DNA of 64,000 bases, from positions 7,528 through 71,527 of the forward strand of contig ONBR01000001.1 in NCBI GenBank assembly GCA_900316105.1, in the 5' to 3' direction. Every line of letters starts with the position of its first letter. Within the stretch, counting starts at the first letter, position 1. Origin of the DNA: an uncultured Olsenella sp. (GTDB lineage Bacteria > Actinomycetota > Coriobacteriia > Coriobacteriales > Atopobiaceae). Below the pieces are notes generated by a model, which saw nothing but the letters and a program-made list of their open reading frames with translations, made no database searches and was not told where the DNA came from. The position numbers and the translations under genes were made by a program. Of the stretch, positions 48,731 to 57,591 are shown piece after piece.

Positions 48731-49135
48731 CTAGGACTTCCTACGAACCCTTACCTTACGCGAAGAAGCCGTGCCCTCCATGATGATCTTGAGACCACGT
48801 CTGATCTCCTCGGGCACGCGCAGGTACAGGTCAAAGAACTGGAAGTCATTATCCAGAATGTGAAAGACCTTACCAGATGTGCTGTCTCCGTCCTCGGGAT
48901 AGCCAAAGAGCTCATTTGGGGTGCAGCCTATGCTCTTGCAGAGGGGAACGATGAACTGACCCCTGATTTCGTTCGTCCCTCTTTCCCAGGCGCTATAGGT
49001 ACCCTTCGCCACGCCAAGCTCAGCAGCGACAAGGGCCTGGGACTTTCCCGAGAGCCTCCTGAGCGACCTGAGCCTGGGCAAGGTCATCGCCTTTGCCTCG
49101 TCAGTCTCTTCCTTTGGGAATGTGTCCTTGGACAT
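48731..49135 (-). CDS. XRE-family helix-turn-helix regulator
   Basis: LRRLSGKSQALVAAELGVAKGTYSAWERG HTH_3-type segment. Confidence 0.85.
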   Translation of the reverse strand: MSKDTFPKEETDEAKAMTLPRLRSLRRLSGKSQALVAAELGVAKGTYSAWERGTNEIRGQFIVPLCKSIGCTPNELFGYPEDGDSTSGKVFHILDNDFQFFDLYLRVPEEIRRGLKIIMEGTASSRKVRVRRKS

Positions 49136-49154
49136 TGCGACTCCTTTCTACGGG

Positions 49155-49294
49155 AGTCTATTCTGAATAGATTTCTTACGTATTTAGCTTTCATACATAG
49201 ACTTTCTTACATTATTTCATTAAAATCTATGTAGGATAGACTTTACATACAAAGTATATCCTTTGCGCCTATTCGCATAAGACTTTTTCTTCTT
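49155..49294. promoter_or_regulatory. AT-rich divergent control region with repeated TAGA(C/T)TT motifs
   Basis: ATAGATTTCTTACGT (49167), ATAGACTTTCTTACAT (49197), ATAGACTTTACATAC (49237), ATAAGACTTTTTCTT (49277), an inverted AGTCTA (49155), and the palindrome TCTATT-CTG-AATAGA (49158-49172). Confidence 0.5.
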
Positions 49295-49432
49295 GTTTGC
49301 CTTTCCAAAAGTTCAACCTCATACTGGTGTAGCCTAACTTGGTATAACCTTATATATTTCATCTTTGACCAAGGGTTCTCGGATGACCAGACACAGCTCG
49401 GGCGGTACGAGCCGGCGACGAAAGGAGCCACA

Positions 49433-49615
49433 ATGGACCAGAAATTCATTGAGCCCGAGGATGACTTCCAGTACATCATCTCGGAGACGGGTGCCTACAC
49501 CACCTACGGAGAGATAACCAAGGATATCAACCCCGAGCTTTTGCCAAAAAACGAGGCCGATTATCAGGAGTTCCTCAAGCTGATGGGGCTCATCGAGCTT
49601 GGTTACCTGGATTAG
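49433..49615 (+). CDS. Hypothetical small acidic protein (60 aa)
   Basis: The ATG is preceded by AAAGGAG at good spacing. I recognise no family. Confidence 0.5.
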   Translation: MDQKFIEPEDDFQYIISETGAYTTYGEITKDINPELLPKNEADYQEFLKLMGLIELGYLD

Positions 49616-49772
49616 GGTGCCTTACCGGCGAAAGTATGACACTTGGCTAGCATGCGTTTTTGCGCTCCGAGTTTTGCGCCTGCTCGCACATCCCACCTTA
49701 ACCGATATCATGGAATGGATACGGCTCACTGAGCCATAAGCCACGCACCCCTGCTCAGACGGGATTGGACAC

Positions 49773-50756
49773 ATGAGGCTTCAGCAACTTCGCTACGTGA
49801 TAGACATTGCAGAGAGCGGCTCCATAAACGCCGTGGCTCACAGCGAGTTCATTTCGCAGTCAAGCCTCTCGGTAGCCGTCCGAGACCTGGAGAGGGAATT
49901 TGGGATAAAGATCTTCAACCGCTCTTCCCGCGGCATCACCCTCACCAGCGATGGCGTGGAATTTCTGGGCTATGCGCGCCAGGTCGTCGAGCAGGCCGAC
50001 CTACTGCAGAATCGCTATGCCTCGGGAGCTACCCCTCAGGGCCGCCTGTCAGTCTCGTCCCAGCACTATGCCTTTGCGGTCCAGGCCTTCATCGACTTCG
50101 TCACCAGGCACGAGGGACACGGCAGCGAGTTCACCCTACGAGAGACCCGCACCGCAAACATCATCGACGACGTCCGCGGCTTCCGTAGCGACCTGGGCAT
50201 CCTTTACTTGTCCACCTCCAACGAGAAGGCGCTCAGGCACCGCTTGGACACGGCGGGCCTAGTCTTCTCCTCGCTCTTCAAGGCAAAGCCCCACGTCTTC
50301 GTGCGAGAGAACCACCCCCTTGCAGGACACTCCATCATCAGGATCAAGGACTTGGAGCCCTATCCTCGCTACACCTTCGAGCAGGGTTCCGAAAGTTCCT
50401 TCTTTTTGTCGGAGGAGCCCCTCTCGACCCTGGCACACGACCGTCAGATCATCGTGAGTGACCGCGCCACCATGACCAACCTGCTCAAGGGCTACGACGG
50501 CTTCCTGATCTCCACGGGCGTACGTTCCGATGAGATGTTCAACGGCATCCTCTCCATCCCACTGGAAACTGACGAGCTCATGAACGTCGGCTACGTTGTG
50601 CATGGCGAGCGCAAGCTCAGCAACCTGGCCCTGGACTACATCAGCCTGCTCAACGATCGAATAGTAACCTTCAAGGACGAGTCGGTGCTCACCCCCTCGA
50701 GGCGCATAAAAAAGAAGTCGGACAAGGATGCCGGCAAGACAAAGACGAAGGAGTAG
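49773..50756 (+). CDS. LysR-family transcriptional regulator
   Basis: MRLQQLRYVIDIAESGSINAVAHSEFISQSSLSVAVRDLE HTH plus a LysR substrate-binding domain. Confidence 0.9.
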   Translation: MRLQQLRYVIDIAESGSINAVAHSEFISQSSLSVAVRDLEREFGIKIFNRSSRGITLTSDGVEFLGYARQVVEQADLLQNRYASGATPQGRLSVSSQHYAFAVQAFIDFVTRHEGHGSEFTLRETRTANIIDDVRGFRSDLGILYLSTSNEKALRHRLDTAGLVFSSLFKAKPHVFVRENHPLAGHSIIRIKDLEPYPRYTFEQGSESSFFLSEEPLSTLAHDRQIIVSDRATMTNLLKGYDGFLISTGVRSDEMFNGILSIPLETDELMNVGYVVHGERKLSNLALDYISLLNDRIVTFKDESVLTPSRRIKKKSDKDAGKTKTKE

Positions 50757-50758
50757 GC

Positions 50759-51031
50759 ATGGACGAAAGTGACGAGCTTCTGGCAGAGCGTCTGAGGCAG
50801 GAGCTGGAGGCACAGGGAAAGGCGACGGCCTTTGGCGGCAAATCCGCAAGGGCCAAAGAAGAGACTGCCGATGCGCAGGACGAGCAGGACGAGATGGACT
50901 TCATGAAGGCCATGGAGAAGTTCCGCGCCGCCAAGAGATCGGGCGACCCCGCCGCAACCGCCAAGGCCGAGAAGGAGCTCCAGGGCTTCGTGCGCGCCGA
51001 AATGATTCGCAAGGAATCTTGCACAAAGTAG
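50759..51031 (+). CDS. Hypothetical acidic helical protein (90 aa)
   Basis: The ATG lies 2 nt after the LysR stop, with GAAGGAG upstream. I recognise no family. Confidence 0.5.
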   Translation: MDESDELLAERLRQELEAQGKATAFGGKSARAKEETADAQDEQDEMDFMKAMEKFRAAKRSGDPAATAKAEKELQGFVRAEMIRKESCTK

Positions 51032-51070
51032 CGCGAGAACACCCTGACACAAAAATCGAAAGGACAAAAC

Positions 51071-53641
51071 GTGGCTGAGGCCGACGAGCAGGCAGACCTG
51101 GGGAGTTTGATTCCCTGGCCAGACGACGAGCATTTTCCCAATATTCCCGCAGAGGACGCACTTGAGCTCTTCATGGGCTGGTGTGAGTCGCGTGGCATAT
51201 CACTCTGGGACCACCAGGAGGAAGCCCTCCTGGACCTGGCCGCAGGAGACCATCTGATTCTGGGCACCCCCACTGGGTCTGGAAAGAGTCTCGTCGCCCT
51301 GGGTCTCTGCTTCATGGCCGTCTGCACCGACCGTCGCTCCTACTACACTGCCCCCATCAAGGCACTGGTCAGCGAGAAGTTCTTTGACATGGTGCGTCTG
51401 CTGGGCCGCGACAACGTGGGCATGGTCACCGGCGACGTCACCATCAACCCCAAAGCGCCCGTGGTCTGCTGCACGGCAGAGATCCTGGCCAACATCGCTC
51501 TGCGCGACGGAGAGCACGCCGACGTGGGCGCCGTGGCAATGGACGAGTTCCACTACTTTGGTGACCGCGACCGCGGCTGGTCCTGGCAGGTACCCCTGCT
51601 GACCCTCCCCCACGTACAGTTCCTCCTGATGAGCGCCACCCTGGGTGACGTGTCCGCCATCGTCCAGACCCTGGAGGACCATACCGACCGCAGCGTCGAC
51701 CAGATTTTGGATGCGCCACGCCCCGTTCCCCTGGAGTACCGCTACGTGGACACCTCGTTGGAGGCCACGGTCAAGGTTGCCCTGGAGGCGGGAGAGGCGC
51801 CCCTCTACATAGTTCACTTCGCCCAGGACGCCGCGCTCAAGAGCGCTCAGGGTCTCTCGAGCTTTGGCGTCTCCACCAAGGAGCAGCGCGAGCGCGTGAA
51901 GGAGGCCATGGCTGGCACGCGCTTTACCACCACCTTTGGCAAGACCCTCAAGCGCCTTCTTCTGACGGGTGTGGGCGTTCACCATGCAGGTATGCTCCCC
52001 CGCTATCGCCTGTTGGTGGAGAAACTGGCCCAGCAGGGACTCTTGCCCGTCATCTGCGGCACGGACACCCTGGGCGTGGGCATCAACGTCCCCATCCATA
52101 CGGTAGTCCTCACTCAGCTCACCAAGTTCGACGGCAGGCACATGCGCAGGCTCAACGCCCGAGAATTCCACCAGATCGCCGGACGAGCAGGGCGTTCGGG
52201 ATACGATACGGAAGGCGTCGTGATCGCCCAGGCCACCGAGTATGACATCGAGAACGCCCGTGCCCTGGCAAAGGCTGGTGGCGACCCAAAGAAGGCCCGA
52301 AAGATAAAGACAAAGAAGCCGCCCACGGGCTACGTGGGCTGGAGCGAGCAGACCTTCCAGAAACTCGTTGCCGCAGCTCCCGAGACCCTAAAGCCCCACC
52401 TGCGCGTGACCCATTCCATGATCCTGGCCGAGGTCGAGCAGGGCGGCGATGCCCTCACGCGCGTCCTCACGCTCATCAACGACTCCATGCAGACCCCTGA
52501 GGAGAAGGTCCAGCTGCAAGCCCGCTGTCACGAGATCTTTGCCACCCTCATCGACGCCGGGGTCGTCCAGCGCTCGGAGGAGGCCGACGGTAGCGTGAGC
52601 TTCTCCACGACCGTGGATTTGCCCGAGGACTTTGCCCTCGATCAGCCCCTGTCTCCCTTCCTCCTGGCTGCCTTGGAGCTCCTGGACCCCGAGGACGAAA
52701 ACTACGCCCTGGACCTGATCAGCATGGTGGAGTCAACCCTGGAGGACCCGCCTCAGATCCTGAAGGCCCAGCAGCGCGAGGCCCGGGACAAGGCAATGTC
52801 CGAGATGAAGGCGGAGGGCGTGGACTACGACGAGCGAATCGAGCGTATCCAGGACGTCACCTATCCCAAGCCCCTTGAGGAGCTCCTGACCGCCGCCTAC
52901 GAGCGCTATGTGGCAGAGGTGCCCTGGGCTGCCGACTATGCCCTGAGTTGCAAGACGGTCCTGCGCGATATGGTGGAGACCGCCTCAGACTTCAAGGGCT
53001 ACATCCAGCGTCTGGGCATTGCCCGCAGCGAGGGCACGCTCCTTCGCTACCTCTCCGACGCCTACAGGGTTCTATCCCGCACCGTCCCCAACGACAAGCT
53101 GGACGAGCGTCTACAGGACATCGTTGCCTGGTTAGGCATGGTCGTACGCACCGTTGACTCCAGCCTCCTGGACGAGTGGTCTGGCACACAGACCGAGGAA
53201 GTGGATGCCGGTGCCACCCCCGAGGCGGCAGACGTCGTGGTCCACGACAGGCGCGCCGTCACCCTGCTCGTGCGCAACGCCCTCTTCCGTCGCGTCCGTC
53301 TCCTGGCTGTACAGGACGCAAAGACCCTGGGCGAGCTGGACGGCGAATGGTACTGGCGCATGCCGCGTTGGAAGCAGGCAATCGACAGCTTCTACGAGAC
53401 CCACGACGAGGTCCTTCTCGACGGGGACGCTCGCAGCTGGGACTTCCTGACCATCGACGACGCCGACGAGAAGACCGACCACGTCTGGCACGTCCGTCAG
53501 ATGGTCAAGGACGCCGACGACGACCGTGACTTTGGCATCGCCGCCGACGTGGACTTGGACGCCAGCCAGGAAGAGGGCGAAGCCATCTTCCAGAACTATC
53601 GTGCTGGTTTTGTCGAGGACCTCATGGAACCCGTAAGCTAA
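51071..53641 (+). CDS. Ski2-like DEAD/DEAH-box helicase with a long C-terminal domain (DUF3516-like)
   Basis: GTPTGSGKS, MDEFHYF (DExH) and SATLG motifs; GTG start after AAAGGA. Confidence 0.85.
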   Translation: MAEADEQADLGSLIPWPDDEHFPNIPAEDALELFMGWCESRGISLWDHQEEALLDLAAGDHLILGTPTGSGKSLVALGLCFMAVCTDRRSYYTAPIKALVSEKFFDMVRLLGRDNVGMVTGDVTINPKAPVVCCTAEILANIALRDGEHADVGAVAMDEFHYFGDRDRGWSWQVPLLTLPHVQFLLMSATLGDVSAIVQTLEDHTDRSVDQILDAPRPVPLEYRYVDTSLEATVKVALEAGEAPLYIVHFAQDAALKSAQGLSSFGVSTKEQRERVKEAMAGTRFTTTFGKTLKRLLLTGVGVHHAGMLPRYRLLVEKLAQQGLLPVICGTDTLGVGINVPIHTVVLTQLTKFDGRHMRRLNAREFHQIAGRAGRSGYDTEGVVIAQATEYDIENARALAKAGGDPKKARKIKTKKPPTGYVGWSEQTFQKLVAAAPETLKPHLRVTHSMILAEVEQGGDALTRVLTLINDSMQTPEEKVQLQARCHEIFATLIDAGVVQRSEEADGSVSFSTTVDLPEDFALDQPLSPFLLAALELLDPEDENYALDLISMVESTLEDPPQILKAQQREARDKAMSEMKAEGVDYDERIERIQDVTYPKPLEELLTAAYERYVAEVPWAADYALSCKTVLRDMVETASDFKGYIQRLGIARSEGTLLRYLSDAYRVLSRTVPNDKLDERLQDIVAWLGMVVRTVDSSLLDEWSGTQTEEVDAGATPEAADVVVHDRRAVTLLVRNALFRRVRLLAVQDAKTLGELDGEWYWRMPRWKQAIDSFYETHDEVLLDGDARSWDFLTIDDADEKTDHVWHVRQMVKDADDDRDFGIAADVDLDASQEEGEAIFQNYRAGFVEDLMEPVS

Positions 53642-53713
53642 GTGTGACATTTACCCCAGGGGCATCTGTCACACCCCATCCCCCGCTAAAACCCCGACCA
53701 AAAGGAGAAACCC

Positions 53714-54304
53714 ATGGCCGAGAAGATCAAATACGAAACTGCCAGATTCTTTGCTGCCTACGGCACTCCCGAGCAGCTCCCCGAGCCCACGACGCCCGAG
53801 GTCGTCTTCGTCGGCCGCTCAAACGTGGGCAAGTCCTCCCTGCTCAACAAGCTCCTCAATCGCAAGTCCCTGGCCCATGTCTCCGGCCAGCCAGGAAAGA
53901 CCGCGAACATCAATTTCTACGACGTCGACGGCATCATGTTCGTCGACTTGCCCGGCTACGGCTTCGCAAAGGTGTCAAAGAAAGAGAAGCAGCGCTGGGC
54001 GGACCTGATTGCAGGTTACTTTAATCAGGAGCGCAGCTTCAACCTGGTGGTTACCCTCGTCGACATCCGCCACGACGCTCAGAAGAACGACCAGGAGATG
54101 ATTGACTTCATGAAGCGCATGGAGCTGCCCTTTGTCATCGCCCTCACCAAGGCGGACAAGCTCAGCCACGCAAAGCAGGAGAAGCAGGCAAGCTCCCTGG
54201 CCAAGCAGTTCGACGTCCCACGAGACCAGGTGCTGATCACCTCTGCCGAGGATGGCACCGGCATCGGCGACCTCCGTGCCCGCATTGCCGACGCCTGCCT
54301 GTAG
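53714..54304 (+). CDS. engB: Ribosome-biogenesis GTPase EngB/YsxC
   Basis: GRSNVGKSSLLN, DLPGYG and TKADK motifs. Confidence 0.92.
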   Translation: MAEKIKYETARFFAAYGTPEQLPEPTTPEVVFVGRSNVGKSSLLNKLLNRKSLAHVSGQPGKTANINFYDVDGIMFVDLPGYGFAKVSKKEKQRWADLIAGYFNQERSFNLVVTLVDIRHDAQKNDQEMIDFMKRMELPFVIALTKADKLSHAKQEKQASSLAKQFDVPRDQVLITSAEDGTGIGDLRARIADACL

Positions 54305-54330
54305 GGCTCGACGCACCACACCCTAAACGA

Positions 54331-54376
54331 GGAAGCCTCCCTCTCCCGACCTGGGAAAGGGAGGCTTCCCTCTTTA
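54331..54376 (+). terminator. Hairpin terminator after engB
   Basis: GGAAGCCTCCCT ... AGGGAGGCTTCC 12-bp stem followed by CTCTTTACT. Confidence 0.55.
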
Positions 54377-54395
54377 CTAGCGTCACCCCGTAGCG

Positions 54396-55016
54396 TCACC
54401 CCGCCAGCATATAGCCCCAGGTATCCCATACCCAGCTAGTTTCGGCGCCATCGGGAGACCAGATCGTGAGCCTGGATCCGTCCGCCTCTAACCGCTCGAC
54501 TTCCACGGGAAACTTCGAGGACATCCAGACGGAAACCATTCTCCCCTCCCGCACCTCGATTACGAATATGTGCTGTGAGAAAGTCCTTTCGTCCTCCTTA
54601 ACCCAGAAGGGTTTGTGACGGCCGAAGCTCCCCTGCTTCCAGACCAAGAGGATCAGCTCTTTCATGCCGTCACCGTCGATGTCTGCGGACCAGAGGTCTT
54701 GGACCAACCAGGAGTCGTCGCTGGTCCAGGATGATTCCGAGGAACCGTTCACCCGAACCCTGTGGTCCTTGCCCAACGTACAGGACGCATCCGACCAACC
54801 CTCACCCAGGTTGGCGGTCAACGACCGTTCCTCCCAAGTCACCCATGCGGGAAGAAAGGCCCCCCTTGTCCAGGCGTACCACACACACCCAATGGCAACG
54901 ACCACAAGCAGAAGGAAGAGGGACAACTTGGTCCATGGATGAAGCCTTCTCTTCCCCTTCTGCTGGACCCTGCCCCCTGGGCGTGAACCATTGCTCTTGC
55001 CAGACACAGATGACAC
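54396..55016 (-). CDS. Membrane-anchored hypothetical protein with a DIDGDG (FG-GAP/VCBS-like) motif
   Basis: One TM, then WSADIDGDGMKELILLVWK. The GTG start directly abuts the upstream stop (TAGGTG). Confidence 0.6.
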   Translation of the reverse strand: MSSVSGKSNGSRPGGRVQQKGKRRLHPWTKLSLFLLLVVVAIGCVWYAWTRGAFLPAWVTWEERSLTANLGEGWSDASCTLGKDHRVRVNGSSESSWTSDDSWLVQDLWSADIDGDGMKELILLVWKQGSFGRHKPFWVKEDERTFSQHIFVIEVREGRMVSVWMSSKFPVEVERLEADGSRLTIWSPDGAETSWVWDTWGYMLAG

Positions 55017-57431
55017 CTAAGGTTCCCGCGTGGCCAGGAAGTCGCTGGTCCAGGGCTCCGGGCTCTTTGGGTCTGAAGCCGAATTGCTGCCCAGCCCCTG
55101 CATCTCCTGCCATTGCTGGTCGGTCAGTCGGTTCGATGCGGGCTGCTCGAATTGGTAGAAGCTATAGACGGCACCCGAGGCGATGCGTAGGCTGCCGTCT
55201 ACGGGCACGACCACGTAAATCTCGTTGACCTTGCCCGTGCCCAGCTCCAGAACCTTGCCGTCACCTGTCGCCACGTCTGCCACCAAACCAGCGGGTGCCT
55301 CCGAGCTCAACGAGTACTGGTTGTCGTTGACCTCCTGCCAGAAGTGCTCTAACTGACCACCATAGCTGCGGATGAGCTCGTACTCGCTTTCAGAGAGAGT
55401 CTGATTGCTTAGCTCCTTCTGCGAGATCGTCTGGAGCTGGGTCGCCAGGGAGATCAGGATGTCCAGGTTCTCCGCATCCTTGGCGCTTAGCATGCCGTAG
55501 CCAGACAGACCGTCCTTGGTGGCTTGGGTCAGGGCGCTCAGCCGATAGTAAAGCTCAGGCTCGGGTTCCACGTAGCCGCGGTCATCCTTCTCTTCGAAGG
55601 AGTCGCCGCCCATCTCGGCCATGATCTGCTTTGTGTAAAGGACGGTGTCGTGCTTGAGCTCGGTATAACTGCCCAGATAGGTGACCAGGTTCTTCCTCTG
55701 CCAGAGTTTTGATTGCATGAAAGCCGGGTACCCCGCTCCCTTTGGGTCGAGCAGGGGATTCAGGGTGTAGAGCCAGCGTCCATAGAGGCTGCTTCCGGCC
55801 ATCTGCTCACTGGCGTCCTTCGTCTGTTGGCGAAGGGCATTCATGTTGTCCCCATAGCCAGCGTAGTCGGTCTGACCCTCTTCCTCTAGGATGGATAGGG
55901 CCTCGTCGGACCCCATGGCAGCCGGCACGTCCAGGGCGTTGGGCAGCATTCGCTTGTCTCCCGACGAGTTTTCCCTGACCTGGTCATATACCAGCTGGCC
56001 AAAGACGTACTCGTCCAGGGTGAAGCGCTGGCCCATGAAACGGTAGCCCTTCTTGTCCTCGTCCGACTCTCCGCTCCCGATTGAGTTGATCCTAGGGGCA
56101 TGCATCTGCGCAGTCAGTCCATGGTAGTCGGCCCATTTGTCACCCTGGTCCTTCAGGCTGGCAGCAGAGACGTCATCTCCATAGACCGCAGTGGCCAGGG
56201 GATAGTACTCGTAGTAGCCGTTGTCGTCCGAGGAGCCTGCAAAGAATCCCGTAACGGCATAGATGTGCTCCCAGCTTTCCAGGCCGGAATCGTGCAGGGC
56301 CAACGTCATGAGGAGGGCGCTCCTGTCTAGGTCCTCGTTCTTTTGGGTGAAATTGATTCTGCCGTACCACATCATGGCGCGGAAGTAGCGCTCCAGTTGA
56401 TCGTCGCCCGCATAGTAGCCCCTGGGCACGTATTGGGAGTAGTCCTCGTCCTCGCCCGTCACGCTACATGTGCCCGTACCCTGATGACTAGTGATTGCGG
56501 ACGTTTCGGCCTGGACGTCAGACGCGACGCGCGGGTCCACCTGGAATCCCGAGTCCAGCAGGGATGCCGCCACGGAGAAGAAGGTCAGGTTCCTCCTTGC
56601 CGCAGACTCCCACTCCGTACCCGCCAGGTCATCCAGCTGCTTAGCGCTTGCGGCACTGAGGCCCGCACTAAGCTTGGAGAGCTCTGGCGCCAGGTAGGAC
56701 TTCTCGGTGTTCTTCATCAAATGCTGGAAGTAGAGGTGATAGGTGTGCATCATCGAGTCGGTGGTCACGAAGTTTGGAATCTGCTCATAGCGATTCGACT
56801 CGTAGAGGTCAAAGAACTCGTCATTGTAGCCTTCCACCACCACAAAGCCGTTCTGCGCCAGATCTGACCTCAGTGCGGCGGCACCCGACGAGCCGGAAGA
56901 CGACCCAGAACTTCCACCCTGGTTGAGCCTGGGAAAGTCGTTCACATTGGACACGTTTGAAAGGTCGGATGACACCGTATAGTCCTCAACCTGTGGCTTA
57001 ACATCCGAACTATAGGCAGGAATGGCCTCGCCCAGAATCGGCCGCGGGAGTGACTTCACCGGCCGTCCCTGGTAGTTGGCCTCGCCCAGGGGGATGTTCA
57101 CCTTGGAGCTGGTGACCGCAGATCCCGACTGCCCATTCCCCTGCTCGTCACCCATGTGGAACAATCCAGCCTTTACGGATAGGGTCACGGCCACAAGAGC
57201 CAGAACGGCGGCAACGAGACCCAGGGTCAACCGCTGGAGATTCCTTCCACTCTTGTGTTTCCCGTCAGTCCGTGCCGAAGGATCCTTTTTGGGGTCATGC
57301 AAGTGCGCAGCTGCCGTTTTCGATTGCTTTGGTGTCTGTGGAACCCTTACCTCACCAGAAAGCGGACTTCCACATGATGGGCAGAACTTCGCCCCATCGG
57401 GAATCTTTTGTCCGCAGTTAGGGCAAAACAT
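55017..57431 (-). CDS. Zinc-ribbon / TM / large ectodomain protein (DUF3160-like)
   Basis: FCPNCGQKI...FCPSCG, one TM, and an ectodomain of about 650 aa whose YEQIPNFVTTDSMMHTYHLYF region fits my recollection of DUF3160. ATG 57431 follows GGGGGAG. Confidence 0.7.
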   Translation of the reverse strand: MFCPNCGQKIPDGAKFCPSCGSPLSGEVRVPQTPKQSKTAAAHLHDPKKDPSARTDGKHKSGRNLQRLTLGLVAAVLALVAVTLSVKAGLFHMGDEQGNGQSGSAVTSSKVNIPLGEANYQGRPVKSLPRPILGEAIPAYSSDVKPQVEDYTVSSDLSNVSNVNDFPRLNQGGSSGSSSGSSGAAALRSDLAQNGFVVVEGYNDEFFDLYESNRYEQIPNFVTTDSMMHTYHLYFQHLMKNTEKSYLAPELSKLSAGLSAASAKQLDDLAGTEWESAARRNLTFFSVAASLLDSGFQVDPRVASDVQAETSAITSHQGTGTCSVTGEDEDYSQYVPRGYYAGDDQLERYFRAMMWYGRINFTQKNEDLDRSALLMTLALHDSGLESWEHIYAVTGFFAGSSDDNGYYEYYPLATAVYGDDVSAASLKDQGDKWADYHGLTAQMHAPRINSIGSGESDEDKKGYRFMGQRFTLDEYVFGQLVYDQVRENSSGDKRMLPNALDVPAAMGSDEALSILEEEGQTDYAGYGDNMNALRQQTKDASEQMAGSSLYGRWLYTLNPLLDPKGAGYPAFMQSKLWQRKNLVTYLGSYTELKHDTVLYTKQIMAEMGGDSFEEKDDRGYVEPEPELYYRLSALTQATKDGLSGYGMLSAKDAENLDILISLATQLQTISQKELSNQTLSESEYELIRSYGGQLEHFWQEVNDNQYSLSSEAPAGLVADVATGDGKVLELGTGKVNEIYVVVPVDGSLRIASGAVYSFYQFEQPASNRLTDQQWQEMQGLGSNSASDPKSPEPWTSDFLATREP

Positions 57432-57552
57432 ACGCACTCCCCCGTTCGATTCTTCCACCTCGCCCTCATTCTATAGGTTCCATCGGGTTTGGAAGACAGG
57501 GACACCGCCAGCAGGCATCTCGTACCAGGGCAGAGGTACTTTTTCATACATA

Positions 57553-57591
57553 CATAAGAAAGGGCGGGCAGCTAACAATCTGCCCGCCCTT
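57553..57591 (-). terminator. Strong intrinsic terminator about 120 nt upstream of the DUF3160 gene start
   Basis: Minus-strand AAGGGCGGGCAG-AUUGUUAG-CTGCCCGCCCTT followed by TCTTATG, with a perfect 12-bp stem. Confidence 0.6.

Noticed and set aside
54378-54403. Tandem duplication TAGCGTCACCCCG x2 at the 3-prime end of the 54396-55016 gene
   Set aside because: It is real but tiny, with two copies of 13 bp overlapping the stop codon. It is most simply a slippage duplication with no evident function.
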